From the NCBI RefSeq assembly GCF_009914755.1, contig NC_060933.1: a stretch of 64,000 nt of DNA; one strand, 5' to 3'. The stretch comes from the human T2T-CHM13v2.0 reference genome, Homo sapiens. The translations under genes were made by a program, and so were the position numbers. The first letter of the stretch is position 1. Each line of letters opens with the position of its first letter. This document shows positions 26,901-41,300 of this stretch, piece after piece. The notes below the pieces were generated by a model. That model had not been told where the DNA came from, ran no database searches, and saw only the letters and a list, made by a program, of their open reading frames with translations.

Positions 26901-27299
26901 ATGGAATCAACCCGAGTGCAATGGAATAGAGTGGAATGGAATGGAATGGAATGGAACAACCCGAATGGAATGGAATGTAATGGAGAGTAAGGGAGTTGAA
27001 TAGAATCAATCCGAATGTAATGGAATGGAATGCAACGGAATGGAAAGGAATGGAATGGAATGGAATGGAATGTAATGGAATGGAATCAACCCGAGTACAA
27101 TGGAATGGAATGGAATGGAATGGAATGGAATGGAATGGAATGGAATACCTTCAAACCGAATGGAATGCAAAGGAATGGAATCAACACGAGTGGAATGGAA
27201 TGGAATGGAATGGAATGGAATGGAATGGAATGATACGGAATAGAATGGAATGGAAAGAAATGGAATGGAATGGAATGGAATGGAATGGAATGGAATGGA

Positions 27300-30200
27300 A
27301 TGGAATCAACGCGAGTGCAGGGGAATGGAATGGAATGGAATGCAATGGAATGGAATCTTCTGGAATGGAATGGAATGGAATGGAATGGAATGGAAAGAAA
27401 TGCAATGGATTCAACTCGATTGCAAAGGAATGGAATAGAATGGAATGGAAAGGAATGGAATGGAATTAATCCGAATAGAATGGAATGGAATGGAATGGAA
27501 CGGAATAGAACGGAATGGAATGGAATGGAATGGAATGGAATGGTATGGAATGGAATGGAATGGTACGGAATAGAATGGAATGGAACGAATTGTAATGGAA
27601 TGGAATGGAATGGAATGGAATGGAATCAACGCGAGTGCAGGGGAATGTAATGGAACGGAATGCAATGGAATGGAATCATCCGGAATGGAATGGAATGGAA
27701 TGGAATGCAATGGAATGGAATGGAATCAACCCGAGTGCAATGGAATGGAGTGGAATGGAATGGAATGGAATGGAACAACCCGAATGGAATGGAATGTAAT
27801 GGAGAGTAAGGGAGTTGAATAGAATCAATCCGAATGTAATGGAATGGAATGCAACGGAATGGAATGGAATGGAATGGAATGGAATGCAATGGAATTGAAT
27901 CAACACGAGTACAATGGAATGGAATGGAATGGAATGGAATGGAATGGAATGGAATGGAATGGAATGATACGGAATAGAATGCAATGGAACGAAATGGAAT
28001 GGAATGGAATGGAATGGAATGGAATGGAATGCAATCGTTCCGAGTGGAATAGGAGGGAATGTATTCGAGTGGAATGGAAAGGAATGGTATCAACCAGAGT
28101 GGAATGGAAGGGAATGGAATGGAATGGAAACTAATAGAATGGAATCAACCCGAGTGGAATGGAATGGAAAGGACTGGAATGGAATGGAATGGAATGGAAT
28201 CAACTCGATTGTAATGGAATGGAATGGAATGGAATGGAATTAACCCTAATACAATGGAATGGAATGGAATGGAACGGAATGGAGTGGAACGGAATGGAAT
28301 CAACCCGAGAGCAGGGGAATGGAATGGAATGGAATGCAATGGAATGGAATCATCCGGAATGGAATGGAATGGAATGGAATGCAAAGCAATGGAATCAACT
28401 TGATTGCAATGGAATGGAATGGAATGGAAAGGAATACATTGGAATCAACCCGAGTGGAATGGAATGGAAAGGACTGGAATGGAGTGGAATGGAATGGAAT
28501 GGAATGGAATGGAATGGAATGGAATGGAATGGAATCAACTTGATTGGAATGGAATGGAATGGAATGGAATGGAATTAACATGAATAGAAAGGAATGGAAT
28601 GGAATGGAACAGAACGGAATGGAATGGAATGGAATGGAATGGAATGCAATGGAATGGAATGGAATGGAATGGAATGGAATGCAATGGTATGGAATCAACC
28701 CGAGTGCAATCGAATGGAATCGAATGGAATGGAATGCAATGGAATGGATTCAACTTGAATGGAATGGAAAGAATGGAATCAACACGAGTGGAATGGCATG
28801 GATTGGAATGGAATGGAATGGAATCAACCCGAGTACAGGGGAATGGAATGGAATGGAATTCAATGGAATGGAATCATCCGTAATGGAATGGAAAGGAATG
28901 GAATGGAATGGAATGGAATGGAATGGAAGGGAATAGAATCAACTCGATTGCAATCGAATGGAATGGAATGGAATTAACCGAATAGAATGGAATGGAATGC
29001 AATGGAACGGAACGGAATGGAATGGAATGGAATGGAATGCAATGGAATGGAATGGAACGGAAAGGAAGGGAATGGAATGGAATAGAATGGAATGGAATGG
29101 AATCAACGCGAGTGCAGGGGAATGGAATGGAATGGAATGCAATGGAAAGGAATCTTCCGGAATGGAATGGAATGGAATGGAATGCAATGGAATGGAATGG
29201 AATCAACCCGAGTGCAATGGAATGGAGTGGAATGGAATGGAATGGAATGGAACAACCCGAATGGAATGGAATGTAATCGAGAGTAAGGGAGTTGAATAGA
29301 ATCAATCCGAATGTAATGGAATGGAATGGAACGGAATGGAATTGAATGGATTGGAATGGAATGCAATGGAATGGAATCAACCCGAGTGCAATGGAAAGGA
29401 GAGGAATGGAATGGAATGGAATAGAAACTACCCGAATGGAATGGAATGTAATGGAGTGTAAGGGAATTGAATAGAATCAATCCGAATGTAATGGAATGGA
29501 ATGGAACGGAATGGAATGGAATGGAATGGAATGGAATGGAATCAAACCGAGTGCAATCGAATGGAATCGAATGGAATGGAATGCAATGGAATGGATTCAA
29601 CTTGAATGGAATGGAAAGAATGAAATCAACACGAGTGGTATGGCATGGATTGGAATGGAATGGAATGGAATCAACCCGAGTACAGGGGAATGGAATGGAA
29701 TGGAATGCAATGGAATGGAATCATCAGTAATGGAATGGAAAGGAATGGAATGGTATGGAATGGAATGGAATCAACTCGACTGCAATCGAATGGAATGGAA
29801 TGGAATTAAACCGAATAGAATGGAATGGAATGGAATGGAACGGAACGGAATGGAATGGAATGGAATGGAATGGAATGGAACGGAACGGAATGGAATGGAA
29901 TGGAATGGAATGGAATGGAATCAACGCGAGTGCAGGGGAATGGAATGGAATGGAATGCAATGGAATGGAATCTTCTGGAATGGAATGGAATGGAATGGAA
30001 TGGAATGGAATGGAATGAAATGCAATGGATTCAACTCGATTGCAATGGAATGGAATAGAATGGAATGGAAAGGAATGGAATGGAATTAATCCGAATAGAA
30101 TGGAATGGAATGGAATGGAACGGAATGGAACGGAATGGAATGGAATGGAATGGTATGGAATGGAATGGAATGGTACGGAATAGAATGGAATGGAACGAAT

Positions 30201-33200
30201 TGTAATGGAATGGAATGGAATGGAATGGAATGGAATCAACGCGAGTGCAGGGGAATGTAATGGAACGGAATGCAATGGAATGGAATCATCCGGAATGGAA
30301 TGGAATGGAATGGAATGCAATGGAATGGAATGGAATCAACCCGAGTGCAATGGAATGGAGTGGAATGGAATGGAATGGAATGGAACAACCCGAATGGAAT
30401 GGAATGTAATGGAGAGTAAGGGAGGTGAATAGAATCAATCCGAATGTAATGGAATGGAATGCTACGGAATGGAATGGAATGGAATGGAATGGAATGCAAT
30501 GGAATTGAATCAACCCGAGTACAATGGAATGGAATGGAATGGAATGGAATGGAATGGAATGGAATGGAATGGAATGGAATGATACGGAATAGAATGGAAT
30601 GGAACGAAATGGAATGGAATGGAATGGAATGGAATGGAATGCAATCGTTCCGAGTGGAATAGGAGGGAATGTATTCGAGTGGAATGGAAAGGAATGGTAT
30701 CAACCAGAGTGGAATGGAAGGGAATGGAATGGAATGGAAACTAATAGAATGGAATCAACCCGAGTGGAATGGAATGGAAAGTACTGGAATGGAATGGAAT
30801 GGAATGGAATCAACTCGATTGTAATGGAATGGAATGGAATGGAATGGAATGGAATGGAATTAACCCTAATACAATGGAATGGAATGGAATGGAACGGAAT
30901 GGAGTGGAATGGAATGGAATCAACCTGAGAGCAGGGGAATGGAATGGAATGGAATGCAATGGAATGGAATCATCTGGAATGGAATGGAATGGAATGCAAA
31001 GCAATGGAATCAACTTGATTGCAATGGAATGGAATGGAGTGGAAAGGAATACATTGGAATCAACCCGAGTGGAATGGAATGGAAAGGACTGGAATGGAGT
31101 GGAATGGAATGGAATGGAATGGAATGGAATGGAATGGAATGGAATCAACTTGATTGGAATGGAATGGAATGGAATGGAATGGAATTAACACGAATAGAAA
31201 GGAATGCAATGGAATGGAACAGAACGGAATGGAATGGAATGGAATGGAATGGAATGGAATGGAATCAACCCGACTGCAGGGGAATGGAATGGAATGGAAT
31301 GCAATGGAATGGATTCAACTTGAATGGAATGGAAAGAATGGAATCAACACGAGTGGAATGGCATGGATTGGAATGGAATGGAATGGAATCAACCCGAGTA
31401 CAGGGGAATGGAATGGAAAGGAATCCAATGGAATGTAATCATCCGGAATGGAATGGAATGGAATGGAATGGAATGGAATGGAATGGAATGGAATGGAATC
31501 AACCTGAGGGCAATGGAATGGAGTGGAATGGAATGGAATGGAATGGAACAACCAGAATGGAATGGAATGTAATGGAGAGTAATGGAGTTGAATAGAATCA
31601 ATCCGAATGTAATGGAATAGAATGGAATCAACCCGAGTGCAGGGGAACGGAATGGAATGGAATGCAATGGAATGGAATCACCCGGAATGGAATGGAATGG
31701 AATGCAATAGAATGGAATGGAATGGAATCAACCCGAGTGCAATGGAATGGAGTGAAATGGAATGGAATGGAATGGAAACAACCAGAATGGATTGGAATAT
31801 AATGGAGTGTAAGGGAATTGAATAGCATAAATCTGTATGTAATGAAATGGAATGGAACGGAATGGAATGGAATGGAATGGAATGGAATGGAATGGAATGC
31901 AATGGAATGGAATCAACCCGAGTGCAATCGAATGGAATCGAATGGAATGGAATGCAATGGAATGGATTCAACTTGAATGGAATGGAAAGAATGGAATCAA
32001 CACGAGTGGAATGGCATGGATTGGAATGGAATGGAATGGAATCAACCCGAGTACAGGGGAATGGAATGGAATGGAATGCAATGGAATGGAATCATCCGTA
32101 ATGGAATGGAAAGGAATGGAATGGAATGGAATGGAATGGAATGGAATGGAATGGAATCAACTCGATTGCAATCGAATGGAATGGAATGGAATTAACCGAA
32201 TAGAATGGAATGGAATGGAATGGAACGGAACGGAATGGAGTGGAATGGAATGGAATGGAATGGAATGGAACGGAAAGGAAGGGAATGGAATGGAATAGAA
32301 TGGAATGGAATGGAATCAACGCGAGTGCAGGGGAATGGAATGGAATGGAATGCAATGGAAAGGAATCTTCCGGAATGGAATGGAATGGAATGGAATGGAA
32401 TGGAATGGAATGGAATCAACCCGAGTGCAATGGAATGGAGTGGAATGGAATAGAATGGAATGGAACAACCCGAATGGAATGGAATATAATGGAGAGTAAG
32501 GGAGTTGAATAGAATCAATCCGAATGTAATGGAATGGAATGGAACGGAATGGAATTGAATGGAATGGAATGGAATGCAATGGAATGGAATCAACCCGAGT
32601 GCAATGGAAAGGAGAGGAATGGAATGGAATGGAATGGAAACTATCCGAATGGAATGGAATGTAATGGAGTGTAAGGGAATTGAATAGAATCAATCCGAAT
32701 GTAATGGAATGGAATGGAACGGAATGGAATGGAATGGAATGGAATGGAATCAAACCGAGTGCAATCGAATGGAATCGAATGGAATGGAATGCAAAGGAAT
32801 GGATTCAACTTGAATGGAATGGAAAGAATGGAATCAACACGAGTGGAAGGGCATGGATTGGAATGCAATGGAATGGAATCAACCCGAGTACAGGGGAATG
32901 GAATGGAATGGAATGCAATGGAATGGAATCATCCATAATGGAATGGAATGGAATGGAATGCAAAGCAATGGAATCAACTTGATTGCAATGGAATGGAATG
33001 GAATGGAAAGGAATACATTGGAATCAACCCGAGTGGAATGGAATGGAAAGGACTGGAATGGAGTGGAATGGAATGGAATGGAATGGAATGGAATGGAATC
33101 AACTTGATTGGAATGGAATGGAATGGAATGGAATGGAATTAACACGAATAGAAAGGAATGGAATGGAATGGAACAGAACGGAATGGAATGGAATGGAATG

Positions 33201-34420
33201 GAATGGAATGGAATGGAATGGAATCATCCCGACTGCTGGGGAATGGAATAGAATGGAATGCAATGGAATGGATTCAACTTGAATGGAATGGAAAGAATGG
33301 AATCAACACGAGTGGAATGGCATGGATTGGAATGGAATGGAATGGAATCAACCCGAGTACAGGGGAATGTAATGGAAAGGAATGCAATGGAATGTCATCA
33401 TCCGGAATGGAATGGAATGGAATGGAATGGAATGGAATGGAATGGAATCAACCTGAGTGCAATGGAATGGAGTGGAATGGAATGGAATGGAATGGAACAA
33501 CCAGAATGGAATGGAATGTAATGGAGAGTAAGGGAGATGAATAGAATCAATCCGAATGTAATGGAATAGAATGGAATCAACCCGAGTGCAGGGGAATGGA
33601 ATGGAATGGAATGCAATGGAATGGAATCATCCGGAATGGAATGGAATGGAATGCAATAGAATGGAATGGAATGGAATCAACCCGAGTGCAATGGAATGGA
33701 GTGAAATGGAATGGAATGGAATGGAAACAACCAGAATGGATTGGAATATAATGGAGTGTAAGGGAATTGAATAGCATAAATCTGTATGTAATGAAATGGA
33801 ATGGAACGGAATGGAATGGAATGGAATGGAATTGAATCAACGCGAGTGCAGGGGAATGGAATGGAATGGAATGCAATGGAAGGGAATCTTCTGGAATGGA
33901 ATGGAATGGAATGGAATGGAATGGAATGAAATGCAATGGATTCAACTCGATTGCAATGGAATGGAATAGAATGGAATGGAAAGGAATGGAATGGAATTAA
34001 TCCGAATAGAATGGAATGGAATGGAATGGAACGGAATGGAACGGAACGGAATGGAATGGAATGGAATGGAATGGTATGGAATGGAATGGAATGGTACGGA
34101 ATAGAATGGAATGGAACGAATTGTAATGGAATGGAATGGAATGGAATGGAATGGAATGGAATGGAATCAACGCGAGTGCAGGGGAATGTAATGGAACGGA
34201 ATGCAATGGAATGGAATCATCCGGAATGGAATGGAATGGAATGGAATGCAATGGAATGGAATGGAATCAACCCGAGTGCAATGGAATGGAGTGGAATCGA
34301 ATGGAATGGAATGGAACAACCCGAATGGAATGGAATGTAATGGAGAGTAAGGGAGTTGAATAGAATCAATCCGAATGTAATGGAATGGAATGCTACGGAA
34401 TGGAATGGAATGGAATGGAA
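27300..34420 (+). repeat. Domain of interleaved local duplications (offsets 2610, 3213, 1949, 3931)
   Basis: GCAATCGTTCC at 28031/30641 (+2610). ORF starts 29092/32305 and 29467/32680 (+3213), and 31622/33571 (+1949). GCTACGG at 30461/34392 (+3931). Confidence 0.85.
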
Positions 34421-34589
34421 TGGAATGGAATGGAATGCAATGCAATGGAATGGAATCAACCCGAGTGCAATCGAATGGAATCGAATGGAGTGGAATGCAA
34501 TGGAATGGATTCAACTTGAATGGAATGGAAAGAATGGAATCAACACGAGTGGAATGGCATGGATTGGAATGGAATGGAATGGAATCAAC

Positions 34590-35120
34590 CCGAGTGCAGG
34601 GGAATGGAATGGAATTGAAGGCAATGGAATGGAATCATCCGGAATTGAATGGAATGGAATGGAATCAACTCGATTGCAATGGAATGGAATGGAATGGAAT
34701 GGAAAGGAATGGAATGGAATGGAATGGAATTAACCCGAATAGAATGGAATGGAATGGAATGGAAGTAAATGGAATGGAAGGTAATGAACCCGAGTGCAGG
34801 GGAATGGAATGGAATGGAATGCAATGGAATGGAGTCATCCGGAATGGAACGGAAAGGAATGGAATGGAACCAACCCGTGTGCAATGGAATTGAAAGGAAT
34901 GGAATGGAATGGAATGGAATGGAATGGAATGGAATGGATTCAACCCGAATGGAATGGAAAGGAAGGGAATCAACCCAAGTGGAATGGCATGGATTGGAAT
35001 GGATTGGAATGGAATGGAATGGAATGGTACCGAATGGAATGGAATGGAATGGTACCGAATAGAATGGAATGGAACGAAATGGAATGGAATGGAATGGTAT
35101 GGAATGGAATGGTACGGAAT
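34590..35120 (+). repeat. Atypical, more diverged satellite III island
   Basis: Contains motifs not seen elsewhere in the window: GAAGGCAAT, GGAAGTAAATGG, GAAGGTAATGAACCCG, CCAACCCGTGTGC, and two GGTACC at 35026 and 35051. Confidence 0.7.
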
Positions 35121-36439
35121 AGAATGGAATGGAAGGAAATGGAATGGAATGGAATGGAATGGAATGGAATGGAATGGAATGGAATGGAATCGTTCCAAGT
35201 GGAATAGGAGGGAATGTATTCGAGTGGAATGGAAAGGAATGGAATCAACCAGAGTGGAATGGAAGGGAATGGAATGGAATGGAAACTAATAGAATGGAAT
35301 CAACCCGAGTGGAATGGAATGGAAAGGACTGGAATGGAATGGAATGGAATGGAATGGAATGGAATCAACTCGATTGTAATAGAATGGAATGGAATGGAAT
35401 GGAATGGAATGAAATGGCATGGAATGGAAATAACCCGAATACAATGGAATGGAATGGAATGGAAGGGAATGGAGTGGAATGGAATGGAATCAACCCGAGT
35501 GCAGGCAAATGGAATGGAATGGAATGCAATGGAATGGAATCATCCGGAATGGAATGGAATGGAATGGAATGCAAAGGAATGGAATCAACTCGATTGCAAT
35601 GGAATGGAATGGAATGGAAAGGAATAGAATGGAATCAACCCGAGTGGAATGGAAAGGAAAGGACTGGAATGGAGTGGAATGGAATGGAATGGAATGGAAT
35701 GGAATCAACTCGATTGGAATGGAATGGAATTGAATGGAATGGAATGGAATCAACTCGATTGCAATCGAATGGAATGGAATGGAATTAACCCGAATAGAAT
35801 GGAATCGAATGGAATGGAACGGAGCGGAATGGAATGGAATGGAATGGAATGAAATGGAACGGAACGGAACGGAATGGAATGGAATGTAATGGAATGGAAT
35901 CAACGCGAGTGCAGGGCAATGGAATGGAATGGAATGCAATGGAATGGAATCTTCCGGAATGGAATGGAATGGAATGGAATGGAATGAAATGCAATGGATT
36001 CAACTCGATTGCAATGGAATGGAATGGAATGGAATGGAATGAAATGCAATGGATTCAACTCGATTGCAATGGAATGGAATTGATTGGAATGGAATGGAAT
36101 GGAATGGAATGCAATGGAATGGAATGGAATTAACCCGAATAGAATGGAATGGAATGGAATGGAACGGAATGGAACGAAATGGAATGGAATGGAATGGAAT
36201 AGAATGGAATGGTATGGAATGGAATGGAATGGTACGGAATAGAATGGAATGGAACGAATTCTAATGGAATGGAATTGAATGGAATGGAATGGAATGGAAT
36301 GGAATGGAATCAACGCGAGTGCAGGGGAATGTAATGGAACGGAATGCAATGGAATGGAATCATCCGGAATGGAATGGAATGGAATGGAAAAGAATGGAAT
36401 CAACCCGAGTGCAATGGAATGGAGTGGAATGGAATGGAA

Positions 36440-38300
36440 TGGAATGGAACAACCCGAATGGATTGGAATGTAATGGAGAGTAAGGGAGTTCAATAGAATC
36501 AATCCGAATGTAATGGAATGGAATGCAACGGATTGGAATGGAATGGAATGGGATGGAATGCAATGGAATGGAATCAACCCGAGTACAATGGAATGGAATG
36601 GAATGGAATGGAATGGAATGGAATGGAATGCCTTCAAACCGAATGGAATGGAAAGGAATGGAATCAACACGAGTGGAATGGAATGGAATGGAATGGAATG
36701 GAATGGAATGGAATGGAATGATACGGAATAGAATGTAATGGAACGAAATGGAATGGAATGGAATGGAATGGAATGGAATGGAATGGAATGGAATGGAATC
36801 GTTCCGAGTGGAATAGGAGGGAATGTATTCGAGTGGAATGGAAAGGAATGGAATCAACCAGAGTGCAGGGGAATGCAATGGAATGGAATGCAATGGAATG
36901 GAGTCATCCGGAATGGAATGGAATGGAATGGAATGCAAAGCAATGGAATCAACTCGATTGCAATGGAATGGAATGGAATGGAAAGGAATACATTGGAATC
37001 AACCCGAGTGGAATGGAATGGAAAGGACTGGAATGGAGGGGAATGGAATGGAATGGAATGGAATGGAATCAACTCGATTGGAATGGAATGGAATGGAATG
37101 GAATGGAATGGAATGGAATGGAATTAACCCGAATAGAATGGAATGGAATGGAATGGAACGGAACGGAACGGAATGGAATTGAATGGAATGGAATGGAATG
37201 GAATGGAATGGAATGGAATCAACCAGACTGCAGGGGAATGGAATGGAATGGAATGCAATGGAATGGATTCAACTTGAATGGAATGGAAAGAATGGAATCA
37301 ACACGAGTGGAATGGCATGGATTGGAATGGAATGGAATGGAGTCAACCCGAGTACAGGGGAATGGAATGGAATGGAATGCAATGGAATGGAATCATCCGT
37401 AATGGAATGGAAAGGAATGGAATGGAATGGAATGGAATGGAATGGAATGGAATGGAATAGAATCAACTCGATTGCAATCGAATGGAATGGAATGGAATTA
37501 ACCCAAATAGAATGGAATGGAATGGAATGGAACGGAACGGAACGGAAAGGAATGGAATGGAATGTAATGGAACGGAAAGGAAAGGAATGGAATGGAATAG
37601 AATGGAATGGAATGGAATCAACGCGAGTGCAGGGGAATGGAATGGAATGGAATGCAATGGAATGGAATCTTCCGGAATGGAATGGAATGGAATGGAATGG
37701 AATGGAATGGAATCAACCCGAGTGCAGTGGAATGGAGTGGAATGGAATGGAATGGAATGGAACAACCCGAATGGAACGGAATGTAATGGAGAGTAAGGGA
37801 GTTGAATAGAATCAATCCGAATGTAATGGAATGGAATGGAACGGAATGGAATTGAATGGAATGGAATGGAATGCAATGGAATGGAATTAACCCGAGAGCA
37901 ATGGAATGGAGAGGAATGGAATGGAATGGAATGGAAACTACCCGAATGGAATGGAATGTAATGGAGTGTAAGGGAATTGAATAGAATCAATCCGAATGTA
38001 ATGGAATGGAATGGAACGGACTGGAATGGAATGGAATGGAATGGAATGGAATGGAATGGAATGCAATGTAATGGAATCAACCCGAGTGCAATTGAATGGA
38101 ATCGAATGGAATGGAATGCAATGGAATGGATTCAACTTGAATGGAATGGAAAGAATGGAATCAACACGAGTGGAATGGCATGGATTGGAATGGAATGGAA
38201 TGGAATCAACCCGAGTACAGGGGAATGGAATGGAATGGAATGCAATGGAATGGAATCATCCGTAATGGAATGGAAAGGAATGGAATGGAATGGAATGGAA
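36440..38300 (+). repeat. Dispersed ~1.9-kb duplication, copy 1 (partner ~45210-47330)
   Basis: Variants shared in the same order: GGGAGTTCAATAG, GCAACGGATTGG, GAGTCATCCGG, CAACCAGACTGC, GAGTCAACCCG, TAACCCAAATAG, CCCGAGAGCA, ACGGACTGG. Confidence 0.87.
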
Positions 38301-41300
38301 TGGAATGGAATCAACTCGATTGCAATCGAATGGAATGGAATGGAATTAACCCGAATAGAATGGAATGGAATGGAATGGAACGGAACGGAATGGAATGGAA
38401 TGGAATGGAATGGAATGGAATGGAATGGAATGAAATGCAATGGATTCAACTCGATTGCAATGGAATGGAATAGAATGGAATGGAATGGAATGGAATGGAA
38501 TTAATCCGAATAGAATGGAATGGAATGGAAAGGAAAAGAATGGAACGGAATGGAATGGAATGGTATGGAATGGAATGGAATGGTACAGAATAGAATGGAA
38601 TGGAACGAATTGCAATGGAATGGAATTGAATGGAATGGAACGGAATGGAATGGAATGGAATGGAATCAACGCGAGTGCAGGGAAATGTAATGGAACGGAA
38701 TGCAGTGGAATGGAATCATCCGGAATGGAATGGAATGGAATGGAATGGAATCAACCCGAGTGCAATGGAATGGAGTGGAATGGAATGGAATGGAATGGAA
38801 CAAACCGAATGGAATGGAATGTAATGGAGAGTAAGGGAGTTGAATAGAATCAATCCGAATGTAATGGAATGGAATGCAACGGAATGGAATGGAATGGAAT
38901 GGAATGGAATGCAATGGAATGGAATCAACTCGAGTACAATGGAATGGAATGGAATGGAATTGAATGTAATGGAATGGAATCAACTCGAGTACAATGGAAT
39001 GGAAAGGAATGGAATGGAATGGAATGGAATGGAATGGAATGGAATGGAATGGAATTGAATGGAATGGAATGCCTTCAAACCGAATGGAATGGAAAGGAAT
39101 GGAATCACCACGAGTGGAATGGAATGGAATGGAAAGGAATGAAATGGAATAGAATGGTACGGAATAGAATGGAATGGAACGAACTGGAATGGAATGGAAT
39201 GGAATGGAATGGAATGGAATCGTTCTGAGTGGAATAGGAGGGAATGTATTCGAGTGGAATGGAAAGGAATGGAATCAACCAGATTGGAATGGAAGGGAAT
39301 GGAATGGAATGGAAACTAATAGAATGGAATCAACCCGAGTGGAATGGAATGGAAAGGACTGGAATGGAATGGAATGGAATGGAATTGAATGGAATCAACT
39401 ACATAGTAATGGAATGGAATGGAATGGAATGGAATGGAATTAACCCGAATACAATGGAATGGACTAGAATGGAACGGAATGGAGTGGAATGGAATGGAAT
39501 CAACCCGACTGCAGGGGAATGGAATGGAATGGAATGCAATGGAATGGAATCATCCGGAATGGAATGGAATGGAATGGAATGCAAAGCAATGGAATCAACT
39601 CGATTGCAATGGAATGGAATGGAATGGAAAGGAATAGAACGGAATCAACCCGAGTGTAATGGAATGGAAAGGACTGGAATGGAGTGGAATGGAATGGAAT
39701 GGAATGGAATGGAATCAACTCGATTGGAATGGAATGGAATGGAATGGAAAGGAATGGAATGGAATTAACACGAATAGAATGGAATGGAATGGAATGCAAC
39801 GGAATGGAATGGAATGGAATGGAATGGAATCAACCCGACTGCAGGGGAATGGAATGGAATGGAATGCAATAGAATGGAATCATCCGTAACGGAATGGAAT
39901 GGAATGGAATGGAATCAACTCGATTGCAATCGAATGGAATGGAATGGAATTAACCCAAATAGAATGGAATGGAATGGAATGGAACGGAACGGAATGGAAC
40001 GGAACGGAACGGAAAGGAACGGAATGGAATGGAATGGAATGGAATTGTATGGAATGGAATGGAATGGAATGGAAAGGAATTAAACCGAATAGAATGGAAT
40101 GGAATGGAATGGAACGGAACGGAACGGAACGGAACGGAACGGAGTGGAATGGAATGGAATGGAATTGTACGGAATGGAATGGAATGGTACGGAATAGAAT
40201 GGAATGGAATGAATTGGAATGGAATGGAATCGAATGGAATGGAATGGAATGGAATGGAAACAACCCGAGTGCAATGGAATGGAGTGGAATGGAATGGAAT
40301 GGAATGGAAAAACCCGAATGGAATGGAATGTAATGGAGAGTAAGGGACTTGAATAGAATCAATCCGAATGTAATGGAATGGAACGGAATGGAATGGAATG
40401 GAATGGAATGGAATGGAATGGAATGGAATGGAATGCAATGGAATGGAATCAACCCGAGTACAATGGAACGGAATGGAATGGAATGGGATGGAATGGAATG
40501 GAATGGAATGGAATGGAATCAACCCGAGTGCAATGGAATGGAGAGGAATGGAATGGAATGGAATGGAAACTACCCGAATGGAATGGAATGTAATGGAGTG
40601 TAAGGGAATTGAATAGAATCAATCCGAATGGAATGGAATGGAATGGAACGGAATGTAATGGAATGGAATGGAATGGAATCAACCCGAGTGCAGGGGAATG
40701 GAATGGAATGGAATGCAATGGAATGGAATCATCCGGAATGGAATGGAATGGAATGCAATGGAATAGAATCAACCCGAGTAAAATGGAATGGAATGGAATG
40801 GAATGGAATGGAATGGAATGGAATGTCTTCAAACCGAATGGAATGGAAAGGAATGCAATCAACACGAGTGGAATGGAATGGAATGGAATGGAATGGAATG
40901 GAATGGAATGACACGGAATAGAATGGAATGGAACGAAATGGAATCGAATGGAATGGAATGGAATGGAATGGAATGGAATCGTTCCGAGTGGAATAGGAGG
41001 GAATGTATTCGAGAGGAATGGAAAGGAATGGAATCAGCAGAGTGGAATGGAAGGGAATGGAATGGAATGGAAATTAATAGAATGGAATCAACCCGAGTGA
41101 AATGGAATGGGAAGGACTAGAATGGAATGGAATGGAATGGAATGGAATCAACTCGATTGTAATGGAATGGAATGGAATGGAATGGAATGGAATGGAATTA
41201 ACCCGAATACAATGGAATGGAATGGAATGGAATGGAATGGAGTGGAATGGAATGGAATCAACCCGAGTGCAGGGGAAGGGAATGGAATGGAATGCAATGC

